NCBI GenBank assembly: GCA_964652295.1
Contig: CAZZCL010000005.1
Span: 1 to 48,493, forward strand
Reading direction: 5' to 3'
DNA length: 48,493 nt
DNA from: an uncultured Chthoniobacterales bacterium
Lineage (GTDB): Bacteria > Verrucomicrobiota > Verrucomicrobiia > Chthoniobacterales > CALDSX01
Shown here: in pieces, positions 37,416 to 46,434 of the stretch
How positions within the stretch are numbered: the first letter of the stretch is position 1
Layout: every line of letters begins with the position of its first letter
Notes under the pieces: generated by a model
Told to the model about the DNA's origin: nothing
The model's input: the letters and a program-made list of their open reading frames with translations, nothing else
Database searches by the model: none
Made by a program: the position numbers and the translations under genes

Positions 37416-38861
37416 ATGAAAATAATCATTACAAATTATGCGGCATGGTTTCTGGGCGTTAGCTTGTTCTGCCTACCTGCCGCTCGGGTCGGGGCGGAGA
37501 CCTCAAATGCCGATATAAACTTCGCTGCCGCCGACAAGCGTCCGAATATCTTGGTCATCTACACGGACGACCAAACCTATAGTGCCATTGGGTATCGAAA
37601 TCCCGAGGTGTTCACGCCAAACCTTGATCGTCTCGCAGCGGATGGAGTCCGCTTTGATCGTGCCTTCACCACTTCGCCGCTGTGCCTGCCGGCCCGCGCA
37701 TCTGTTCTCACGAGTGCCTACCCCCAGCAACACGGGGGCGTGGCCCTCCATGTGGGCAGATTCAATGAACGGGTCATCCGCAAGAAAGAATTCAAGACGC
37801 TCCCAGAGGCCATGAGCGAACTTGGGTATCACACGGCCTTTCACGGAAAATCCCACCTCGGAGACCCCAAAACCTACGGATTCATGGAAGGAGAGGAAAC
37901 CAAAGATGTCACGGATCCGGAACTCTTGAATTTTACTCAACATTTTTTTCAGAACCACGCAGACAGCGACCGCCCCTTCTTCCTCTGGCTGGCACCGCAC
38001 AAACCCCATCTTGTGTTGAGACCTCCCCAAGAGTATCTCGACCTCTATGCCGGGAAAACATTCGAGGAGGATCCCAACTTCCGGGTCGAGCCACCGATGG
38101 AAAGCCTCTACAATCAGTCCGGTGAAGGGACGGATTTCTTCAGGGACAGCAAGATACCCATGAGCGTCGGTCCGGGAAGCGTCAAAGGCCTGATGGCAGG
38201 ACCGCCCCGGACCCGGGAAGATATTCAAAGTGCCAAACGCCTTTATTATGCCGTTATCTCCTATCTTGATGACCAGATCGGGCAGGTGATCGAGCAGCTT
38301 AAAGCGGCCGGGCTTTACGAGAATACCATCATCATATACACGTCGGACAACGGCTACTTCCTTGGCAATCACGGGCTGGGCAACAAGGTGACCATGCATG
38401 AAGAGTCCGTCCGGGTGCCGATGTTTATTCATTCTCCCCTGCTTCCAAACAAGGGAGCGGTCAGCGAGGCACTGGTTTCCGACCTGGATGTCTACCCCAC
38501 GATTCTTGAGCTTGCCGGCAAAGAGCCTCCCTCCAGCCTGATGGGGCGTTCGCTGCGACCGCTGCTGGAGAATCCGAATGCGCCCTTTCGCGATCACATC
38601 ATTGCCGAATCGGCCGGGGTGCCGGAGAGACGGCTCGGAACCGGCCATCGAATGGTCCGTACCGATCGTTACAAATATATTTTTACCACGCATGACGAGG
38701 AGGCCTTTTTCGATCTTCAGGAAGACCCGTTCGAGATGACTAATCTCGTTGGTGAACCGGAACTCAAGGAAGCAATCGAGAGGCATCGAGCCCTGCTCAA
38801 GGATTGGCAGGTCAAGGTTGGAGAAAAGCGAGTCCCATACTCAAAAACTTCCGAGCCTTGA
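37416..38861 (+). CDS. Formylglycine-dependent (Cys-type) sulfatase, secreted
   Basis: RPNILVIYTDDQ, TPNLDRLA, CLPARASVLT (CxPxR), GKSH, YTSDNG, EESVRVP. Confidence 0.93.
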   Translation: MKIIITNYAAWFLGVSLFCLPAARVGAETSNADINFAAADKRPNILVIYTDDQTYSAIGYRNPEVFTPNLDRLAADGVRFDRAFTTSPLCLPARASVLTSAYPQQHGGVALHVGRFNERVIRKKEFKTLPEAMSELGYHTAFHGKSHLGDPKTYGFMEGEETKDVTDPELLNFTQHFFQNHADSDRPFFLWLAPHKPHLVLRPPQEYLDLYAGKTFEEDPNFRVEPPMESLYNQSGEGTDFFRDSKIPMSVGPGSVKGLMAGPPRTREDIQSAKRLYYAVISYLDDQIGQVIEQLKAAGLYENTIIIYTSDNGYFLGNHGLGNKVTMHEESVRVPMFIHSPLLPNKGAVSEALVSDLDVYPTILELAGKEPPSSLMGRSLRPLLENPNAPFRDHIIAESAGVPERRLGTGHRMVRTDRYKYIFTTHDEEAFFDLQEDPFEMTNLVGEPELKEAIERHRALLKDWQVKVGEKRVPYSKTSEP

Positions 38862-38956
38862 TCAGACACAATTAACTTGTTTCTCAGCGGTGCGATTTAG
38901 ATCGGATTATGAAAACATCTGCGATTGCTGAAAGCCTTCCATTGAAGGTTATCCAA

Positions 38957-40411
38957 ATGAAAAACATAAGTTTTGTTGTTATTCTAGTGTTTGGTCTGAA
39001 CATCGCACCTATCCATGCGCAAAAGACGTCAGAGAGTGCCGACTTGCCGGATTTTGGACGCGCGCCAATGTTTGAGAACGGACAAACGATCTGCTTTCTC
39101 GGTGATAGTATCACCCAAGGGGCTCTCTATCAAACCGTCATCGAATACTTCTATGCAACACGTTACCCAGACCGTGCGATAACGTTTTGGAATTGCGGAA
39201 TCGCTGGAGACACAGCGCAGAGTATCCTCGGCACAGAAGCCTACCGTTTACAGACCGATGTCCTGGGCCACAAGCCGGACTTAGTCGTCGTCATGCTGGG
39301 CATGAACGATGTTAATCGCGGACTTTATAAGCCAATAAAAACGGCATCTCCGGACAACCGAAATGCAGCGCGTGAAGCCGCGCTTCAAAATTATCGCGAC
39401 AATATGGGTGCAATTTTTGATAAGATCCAGGATTTCGGTTCTAATCTCATTCTCCTGACTCCTACGATTTATGAAGAAAGCCCGAATGTAACGGGAGACG
39501 ATGGACTCATTTTAAAAGGAGTTAATGCTGCGCTGGGAATTTGTGCTGAATGGGTGCGGGCCGAAGCCTCTCGCCGTGAAACCGGTTGGGTCGATTTTCA
39601 TGCCGTGCTGGGAGAGCTCAACGCCAGAGAGCAAGCAGCACAGAAAGATTTTTCACTGCTCAAATTAGGCAGAACCAGCGGGCTCGATCGGGTTCATCCT
39701 TACATGCCGGGTCATTGGATCATGGCCTATCTCTTCCTGAAGGCTCAAGGGCATCTACCCGTTGTCAGCCAAATCGAGATCAACGCGGAAACAGGCGATG
39801 CGGGGAGGACGTTCCGATCGGAGGTGGAAGACATCCGTGCCACGTCAGACACTGTAAGTTTTGACTATACAAGCGAAGCACTGCCGTTCGCTGTTGCAGA
39901 AAATGGAGTCGCTGCTCTGCAGGTGATTCCACTGGTCGAGGAATTAAGCCAAGAGATAATTTCCCTTCAAAGGCTCACTCCGGGTCACTACGAATTGAGC
40001 ATCGATAACAGGATCGTTGGAACCTTCTCCGACGCGGAGTTTGCCGACGGCATCAATCTTGGTGGAAATGACAAGACTCCACAGTATCAGCAAGCCCTCA
40101 AAGTTTATAGATTGGCTGCCGATAGGTCGAGGCTCGGCGCTAGGATCCGATCCGGGGTTGCGGCACGATATGCGGCTGCAAAATACGAGAAAATCGATCC
40201 GATGGATGAAGCCGCCATCGAGCGGTCCATCCTAAACCGGATCGAGCAGGTAGAAGCAACAGGAGGAAATACAACGTCACTCAAGGTCGCGCTTGAGGCC
40301 GTGCGCAGCAGGGAAAAGCTTGATCAGGACTATGAGAAACTTGGAAAACTCATGCGCGATGCTGCCATTCCCATAAAGCGACAGTATGCCCTTATCAAAA
40401 CGCAGCCATAA
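38957..40411 (+). CDS. SGNH/GDSL-family esterase (probable carbohydrate acetylesterase), secreted
   Basis: Signal peptide; FLGDSIT, CGIAGD, LGMNDV, DRVHP blocks. Confidence 0.88.
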   Translation: MKNISFVVILVFGLNIAPIHAQKTSESADLPDFGRAPMFENGQTICFLGDSITQGALYQTVIEYFYATRYPDRAITFWNCGIAGDTAQSILGTEAYRLQTDVLGHKPDLVVVMLGMNDVNRGLYKPIKTASPDNRNAAREAALQNYRDNMGAIFDKIQDFGSNLILLTPTIYEESPNVTGDDGLILKGVNAALGICAEWVRAEASRRETGWVDFHAVLGELNAREQAAQKDFSLLKLGRTSGLDRVHPYMPGHWIMAYLFLKAQGHLPVVSQIEINAETGDAGRTFRSEVEDIRATSDTVSFDYTSEALPFAVAENGVAALQVIPLVEELSQEIISLQRLTPGHYELSIDNRIVGTFSDAEFADGINLGGNDKTPQYQQALKVYRLAADRSRLGARIRSGVAARYAAAKYEKIDPMDEAAIERSILNRIEQVEATGGNTTSLKVALEAVRSREKLDQDYEKLGKLMRDAAIPIKRQYALIKTQP

Positions 40412-40557
40412 ACTCGTCCATTCACTTGCCGAGAAAGAGCCTTCCTCGAGCTTGATGGGGCGACCACTTCAACCACTTATCGAAAACCTCCAACTTTTGC
40501 TCCAACACAAATCACTTTCTTCACAATTGTAGAAAATCATCTGAGAATTCTGAAATT

Positions 40558-43155
40558 ATGCCCAAAACACAAAACGGGAGCAACGAATGCAATCCTCTCC
40601 CGAATTCCGCCAACACAGTCACAACCGGAGCATTCCGCATCACCCTCCTCACGGAGCGTATGGCGAGGGTGGAGTGGTCGGAGACGGGGCAATTTGAAGA
40701 TCGGCGTAGCTTCGCGGTGGTCCATCGCAATCTTCCCAAGGTTGCGTATGAGACAACGCCGACAACCGACGGGATCCGAATTGTGACGCCTTCGATGCAG
40801 ATCGACCTTCCGGACGCTAACGTTCCGCCGCAACCGGAGATGGTCCGCGTGGAGGTGTTGATCAACGGAGACTGGGTTGAGCGCCGCCTCGATCCGAGCG
40901 ACGCGGGCAATCTGGGCGGCACCCTGCGCACACTGGACGGGATGAATGGGCTCCGGAAATTCAGCAATCCCTATGTCAGGAACCCGTCCGATTCCGAGGA
41001 GCAATCTCTGGGTATGGGCTTGTTGTCCCGTTCCGGTTGCGTCTTTTTTGATGACTCTGGATACATTGTGTATGAGAAGAAGCCGGACTCGCCGTTTCAG
41101 TGGCCGGCCCGCCGGACGGATCCAGGCGCACGGGATTGGTATGTTCTCGCCCATGGACACGACTATGTCGGCGCCCTGAAAGAGTGCTCGCGAGTTTTCG
41201 GACGTGCTCCCTTGATCCCCTATTACGCGTTGGGTTATTGGTATTCCCGCTATTATCCTTACACCGAAGAGGAGTTCAAAACACTGGTTCAACGATTCGA
41301 ACAAGGCGGGATTCCTCTGGATGTGCTCGTGATCGACATGGATTGGCACAAGGAGGGTTGGACCGGGTATTCATGGGATGACAATCTCCTGCCAGATTGG
41401 CGCACATTTCTCGGTTGGTTGAAAGAACGCGGGCTGCACATCAGCCTGAATCTGCATCCCCATGACGGCGTTGGAAAACATGAAGATGCCTTTTCTGCGT
41501 TTTGTTCGGAGTTGAATCTGGATGCCGGGCAAACGGAGCGGGTGCCCTTTGATTGTGTCGATCCCAAGTGGATGGAGGCATATTTCAAACATCTGCATCA
41601 TCCTTACGAAGAGGCCGGGGTCGATTTCTGGTGGATGGACTGGCAGCAGGGCGAGCAAACCTCGATCGAAGGCTTGGACCCCCTTCCTTGGTTGAATGAG
41701 ATTCACTGGGAGGATATGCAATCGAGACATCCAGAGCGCCGCCCATTGGTATTCAGCAGGTATGGCGGCCTCGGTTCCCATCGGTATCCCATCGGCTTTT
41801 CCGGCGATACCGTCATTAGCTGGGAATCCCTTGCTCTCCAACCGCATCTCACCGCGACGGCGGCCAATGTGCTTTTTGGCTACTGGAGTCATGATATCGG
41901 CGGCCACCACTTTGCAGATCTGAATCCTGAACTCTTCACCCGTTGGCTCCAGTTCGGCGTTTACTCGCCGATCCTTCGAACGCACGGCCTGATCGACAGG
42001 CGGCTCGATGAGTATCCTTCGCCTTTCCGGCAGATCATGGAACGTGCGATCCGTCGGCGTTACGAGTTGGCACCCTACATCTATTCCGAAATGTCGGGAT
42101 TGCCTCGGAAAGGGATCTCCCTCGTGCGCCCCATGTATTATGCATTTCCTGAGCAGGACGAAGCCTACCAAGCAACGGATCAATACCTCTTCGGCGGGAA
42201 AATGATCGTTGCCCCAGTCTTATCCCCTGTCAGTTCTCACACTGGACTTGCCGAGTCGAAGGTATGGTTGCCGGGGGGCGACTGGTGGGATACGGAGACC
42301 GGCACCCTGGTTCAAGGAGGCCGCTGGCATGTGAACGCGTATGCCCTGCATGAGACTCCCGTTTTTGTGCGGCCCGGCACAATGATCCCGGAGCAACCCG
42401 CACCGCTGTGCCTGGGGAATTCACCTCGAAACAAGCTGACGCTCCGCGTCTATCCCGGAGCAGATGGCGATCTCGATCTTTATGAGGACGACGGAATTTC
42501 GCAGGGCTACCTTGCCGGGCAGCACGCCGTCCTGCCCTGTTCTCTACGCCAAGGCCCGGAGGGTTTCACCCTTACGCTCGATCCCATCCAGGGCAGCTAC
42601 TCCGGAATGCTCACGCGGCGCGAGGTGTTTGTGATTTTCTCGTTCATTCCTCCACCAATCTCCGTTGAGACCAACGGTCGGTCGGTCATCCAAGCTTCTC
42701 ACTATGATGGTAGTTCGCTCCGCTTGCAGGTAAACGCCGGTGAATTGGACCTGACACAAACCAATATCTTACAGGTGACGGCGCACACGTGGCCCTCGGG
42801 GTTCCCAAATGGCTTTCCCGCTCTCCAATCCAGAATTCGACTGCTTCGGGCATTTTTCGAAAAAGAAAGCCGGGGCCTTCCCCTGGCCAATGATCCGGTG
42901 TTCGTCCGCTTGGGTCAACTCGGCAACCTGATCTCCAGATCCCCCGAACGAATCTTTGACTTGCTGGATGAAGTCGCGAGTCTGGTTGAGTCGCTAACAA
43001 CAGATTCCACCAAACGAGCCCGGGAACTTCTGGCGCGGGAAGTCATTCGCAAGGAAACCACATCCTATCAGTGTCGGATGTTAGCAGCCCATCTGGAACT
43101 CCTTGAACTCGCATCGAACCAGATCCGCACAACTTGGGAAGTGTCGGGTAGGTGA
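40558..43155 (+). CDS. GH31 alpha-glycosidase (alpha-xylosidase-like), no signal peptide
   Basis: ALGYWYSRY, VIDMDWH, FWWMDWQQG (nucleophile), RYPIGFSGDT, WSHDIGGH, RWLQFGVYSPILRTH, LYEDDG. Confidence 0.9.
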   Translation: MPKTQNGSNECNPLPNSANTVTTGAFRITLLTERMARVEWSETGQFEDRRSFAVVHRNLPKVAYETTPTTDGIRIVTPSMQIDLPDANVPPQPEMVRVEVLINGDWVERRLDPSDAGNLGGTLRTLDGMNGLRKFSNPYVRNPSDSEEQSLGMGLLSRSGCVFFDDSGYIVYEKKPDSPFQWPARRTDPGARDWYVLAHGHDYVGALKECSRVFGRAPLIPYYALGYWYSRYYPYTEEEFKTLVQRFEQGGIPLDVLVIDMDWHKEGWTGYSWDDNLLPDWRTFLGWLKERGLHISLNLHPHDGVGKHEDAFSAFCSELNLDAGQTERVPFDCVDPKWMEAYFKHLHHPYEEAGVDFWWMDWQQGEQTSIEGLDPLPWLNEIHWEDMQSRHPERRPLVFSRYGGLGSHRYPIGFSGDTVISWESLALQPHLTATAANVLFGYWSHDIGGHHFADLNPELFTRWLQFGVYSPILRTHGLIDRRLDEYPSPFRQIMERAIRRRYELAPYIYSEMSGLPRKGISLVRPMYYAFPEQDEAYQATDQYLFGGKMIVAPVLSPVSSHTGLAESKVWLPGGDWWDTETGTLVQGGRWHVNAYALHETPVFVRPGTMIPEQPAPLCLGNSPRNKLTLRVYPGADGDLDLYEDDGISQGYLAGQHAVLPCSLRQGPEGFTLTLDPIQGSYSGMLTRREVFVIFSFIPPPISVETNGRSVIQASHYDGSSLRLQVNAGELDLTQTNILQVTAHTWPSGFPNGFPALQSRIRLLRAFFEKESRGLPLANDPVFVRLGQLGNLISRSPERIFDLLDEVASLVESLTTDSTKRARELLAREVIRKETTSYQCRMLAAHLELLELASNQIRTTWEVSGR

Positions 43156-43188
43156 GATCTTCAGTCGAAGATTTCCCCTTTTGAGTTG

Positions 43189-43215
43189 TGCGCAAAATAC
43201 ATTTACTTTAGCGCA
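43189..43215. promoter_or_regulatory. Bipartite operator copy 6 (TGCGCA-N15-AGCGCA)
   Basis: About 80 bp upstream of the first GH42-like gene; 21-bp period. Confidence 0.6.
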
Positions 43216-43293
43216 CGCAATCCATTGCCTCACTGCTGCCGCAGTGTATGATTGGATTTCAATTTCTCCTCTTCTCCTCCTCAGACTATCGTT

Positions 43294-46200
43294 ATGAAAC
43301 CATCGTTTTTTATCCCTCACTCTTCATCCTTTTTGCCTCGCAAAATGTCCGTGCTTTTTGCCGCGTTGATCGTGCTTGCTCCCGCGTTTGCAGCGGATGA
43401 ACCACTCGGGCACTATTTCAAAGATGGCATCCGCTATGTCGGTGGGAAGCCTTACTTCGTAAGGGCTGCCTTCTTCGGTTATAATCATTGGATGACGATG
43501 GACGAGACGAAAAGTCTCGGGAATTTCATGTCGATCCCCTTTGAGCAGGTGGGCACGCACAATGACTTTTATTCCACGGCGGGATTCAATACCGGATACT
43601 ATTCCACTTGGCTGCATCATTGGTCCGTGGACACGCCGTATGATCCGGAGTTGACGTTGGAATCCTTTCGCCGCGCCAAAAAAGCAGGGCAGAAGGTGGT
43701 CGTTCACCTTCCGGTCTTCGCGCCCGCCAGCATTACGGATGACATGGATTTGCATTGGGTAACAGAGGAAGGGGAAAAGTTGCCACTTTCATCGGTCTGG
43801 GGCATCCACCATGACCCCGAGAAAAACGCCGAAGCTGTTCGACGTGCATATAAACCGATGTTTGATGCCGTGCGGGATGAACCGCTCCTGATTGGTTACC
43901 AACTTGGTGGCGAACGTTGGGCTTACGACTCGGTCCGCGCAAAGAAAGAGGTTTCCTATGACGACTATACCCTGAGCAAATTTCGGGAGTTTTTGCAGGA
44001 ATCCTTTTCCTTGGAAGAAATCTCGCAACGTTACGGAGGCAGTCCCGATTTTTATGCCAGCTGGGATGAGGTCTTTCCTCCGATCTCGAAGCGTCCGCTC
44101 GATTTCAAAAAGCGGGAGCTCGCGAACTTCAATGTCGCCCGCTGGGACTGGCACCGCTTCCGCGAACTCCAAGGGGTCAAGGTGTGGGTGAAAATGATCG
44201 AGACCTTCCAGGAGATGGACGGGCGCGGTCGGCCCTTTAGTTTCGAACATGGACACGGTCCCTATGCAGCGATGGGATGGCATCCGTTCCCCGAGATCGT
44301 CGCCGAAACGAAGAACTTCTCGGTTGGAGACGGGTTCTTCGAGGGCGACCTCGCGGGCTATCTTTCTCAAGTAATCATGGTCAAAGGATGCGGCGAAGGC
44401 CCGTGGACCAATAACGAACTCGATGCCGGCACGGGCGGGCGTTACGTCAATGCCGCCGATATGCGCCGCACGCTCTGGGCCAATGTCGGGCTGGGCTCTG
44501 CTGGGTATCATCTCTGGACGTTCTTCAATTTGATGGGTGCGCAATCCGAGTTCATGGACAACATGCTATACGACCCGAAGCTCTACGAGAACATGCCGCC
44601 GAAGTTTTTCGAAATCCTGCATTCCAACAAAATGCTGGAGTCCATGGGCGAAACGCTCCCCGCTTCCAAGACCGCTCCAACGCGCATCGCGTTGATGACC
44701 CTGGACGACTCGCTCTTTCACTACACTTACACCTTTGATTACCGCCCGGAGGCAAAAAACCTGTGCCGGGCTTTGGTCACGCGGGGCTTGGCGGATGATC
44801 TGGCTCTCTACACCAAGTATCACCTCGACAACACCCCGATGGAAGGGCTCAAAGCCATCGTCCTGCCCCGGATGCCCCGGATCACCGACGGGCGGGCGCA
44901 GAAGCTGGCGGAGTTCGTCGAGCGCGGCGGCACGCTCATCCTGATGGGGCCGACCGGGCGCTACAACGAACTATTTAAAGAACATAAGGCCTTCCCCTAC
45001 GGCGTACTCGGTCAGGCAGCCGGCATCGAAATGCGGGCGCTCAACCGGGAGGAGGTCGCCGCCGCTGGCACGCGGGCACAGTGGAACGGACGGGACATCC
45101 ATATCGACACCCAGGTCGATATTGCGATTCCCGAAGGCTCCAAAGCAAAGGCCATCGCAAATTCCCCGGACGGTCGTATCGTCGCCACTGTCAACAGCTT
45201 TGGCAAAGGCCGCGTTTACTCACTCTCGGGCTACCCGCTCGTCACGAATGAATCGGATACCACCGGAGAATTTATCGCCACCCTGCTCAGCGAAGGGGGA
45301 GCCCCGGCTGCCGTGCGGGTGGAATCCGATGGCAAGCCAAACACCTCGGTTTTCACCTCGCGGCGGATCGGGCCAGACGGGGCTTTGGTTTTTCTGGTTG
45401 AGAACGACAACCAGTCCCACAAGGATCTCAAAGTCCATCTCGATCCCGAGCTTCTTGGTTTGGACAAAGCAAAGACCTACTCGGCTTTTGAGCTTTTCAG
45501 CGACGAAGCCCATCAGATGTCGGCAGCGGGAGGTTTCCAGTTCACCACCGAGTTGGAGCCGGTCGGAGTGCGCGTCTTCCTCATCACGGAAGCCAAGGCA
45601 CTGGACGAGCTCATCCCGGCTAACCAACGCTACTTGGTTCCCCGCACGCCGGAAGAGCCGCTCGTCACCATGGAGCAGCTCAAGGCATCCCGCTGGGGCA
45701 AGGACTACCTGACCAGCACTGCCCTGCGGGAAACGCTCACTTATTGGCGCGGCCGCACGCTCAACGCCCGCGAGCTTGGCGCAGGAGAACCCGAAGCGCT
45801 CGGCGAAGGTTATTACGGATTGGATCTCGGACCCGTCGCGATGTCCCCGCTTTCGAAAATGGTCAAAAGCCTCGATGACACCCAGTTCGTGAACTTCGGC
45901 AGCGTCGAGGCCGCCACTGACTCCGGAGCGGCACTCGGGTTCCAGAACGGCAAGAACACGCTTGGTGGAGTCCCCTTCTGGTCGGATGGTCGTTACGTGG
46001 CCATGCCCAACCGGTATCGCGTAACCGATATTCCGGTTAACATGGCGGTGTCGGGGCTCACCTTTTTCCAGACCGCGCAGCAGGGAGCGGATGATTCCAC
46101 ATTGGGTCATTACACCGTGCGTTATGAAGACGGCACCCATGTGCAGATCCCGATTGTGCTGGGGGTGACTGTGCAGGACGCCACCCGCCCGGTCCGATTC

Positions 46201-46383
46201 CCCACCAAGACGCACCCGGTCACAACCGTCAAAGACAAGAACAACCGCTCCATCAATTTGAGCCGCTACGAATGGACGAATCCCTTCCCCGATAAGAAAG
46301 TGGAATCCGTGGACGTGATCACCATCGAGACCGGGGACTCCCGCACCCTCGACATCTGGGCCATCACTGCAAAGGAATCCTGA
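43294..46383 (+). CDS. Secreted GH42-like (clan GH-A) glycoside hydrolase with trimerisation-like domain and C-terminal beta-sandwich
   Basis: Signal peptide; IGYQLGGERW, FREFLQ...WDEV.PP, WDWHRFR, TNNELDAG; AIVLPRM..LAEFVERGGTLILMGPTG; VNSFGKGRVY. Confidence 0.7.
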   Translation: MKPSFFIPHSSSFLPRKMSVLFAALIVLAPAFAADEPLGHYFKDGIRYVGGKPYFVRAAFFGYNHWMTMDETKSLGNFMSIPFEQVGTHNDFYSTAGFNTGYYSTWLHHWSVDTPYDPELTLESFRRAKKAGQKVVVHLPVFAPASITDDMDLHWVTEEGEKLPLSSVWGIHHDPEKNAEAVRRAYKPMFDAVRDEPLLIGYQLGGERWAYDSVRAKKEVSYDDYTLSKFREFLQESFSLEEISQRYGGSPDFYASWDEVFPPISKRPLDFKKRELANFNVARWDWHRFRELQGVKVWVKMIETFQEMDGRGRPFSFEHGHGPYAAMGWHPFPEIVAETKNFSVGDGFFEGDLAGYLSQVIMVKGCGEGPWTNNELDAGTGGRYVNAADMRRTLWANVGLGSAGYHLWTFFNLMGAQSEFMDNMLYDPKLYENMPPKFFEILHSNKMLESMGETLPASKTAPTRIALMTLDDSLFHYTYTFDYRPEAKNLCRALVTRGLADDLALYTKYHLDNTPMEGLKAIVLPRMPRITDGRAQKLAEFVERGGTLILMGPTGRYNELFKEHKAFPYGVLGQAAGIEMRALNREEVAAAGTRAQWNGRDIHIDTQVDIAIPEGSKAKAIANSPDGRIVATVNSFGKGRVYSLSGYPLVTNESDTTGEFIATLLSEGGAPAAVRVESDGKPNTSVFTSRRIGPDGALVFLVENDNQSHKDLKVHLDPELLGLDKAKTYSAFELFSDEAHQMSAAGGFQFTTELEPVGVRVFLITEAKALDELIPANQRYLVPRTPEEPLVTMEQLKASRWGKDYLTSTALRETLTYWRGRTLNARELGAGEPEALGEGYYGLDLGPVAMSPLSKMVKSLDDTQFVNFGSVEAATDSGAALGFQNGKNTLGGVPFWSDGRYVAMPNRYRVTDIPVNMAVSGLTFFQTAQQGADDSTLGHYTVRYEDGTHVQIPIVLGVTVQDATRPVRFPTKTHPVTTVKDKNNRSINLSRYEWTNPFPDKKVESVDVITIETGDSRTLDIWAITAKES

Positions 46384-46434
46384 ATTCCATCGACTTGTTG
46401 GCGTTGGCTTCGGATGTCGGAATGTCGGTTACCA

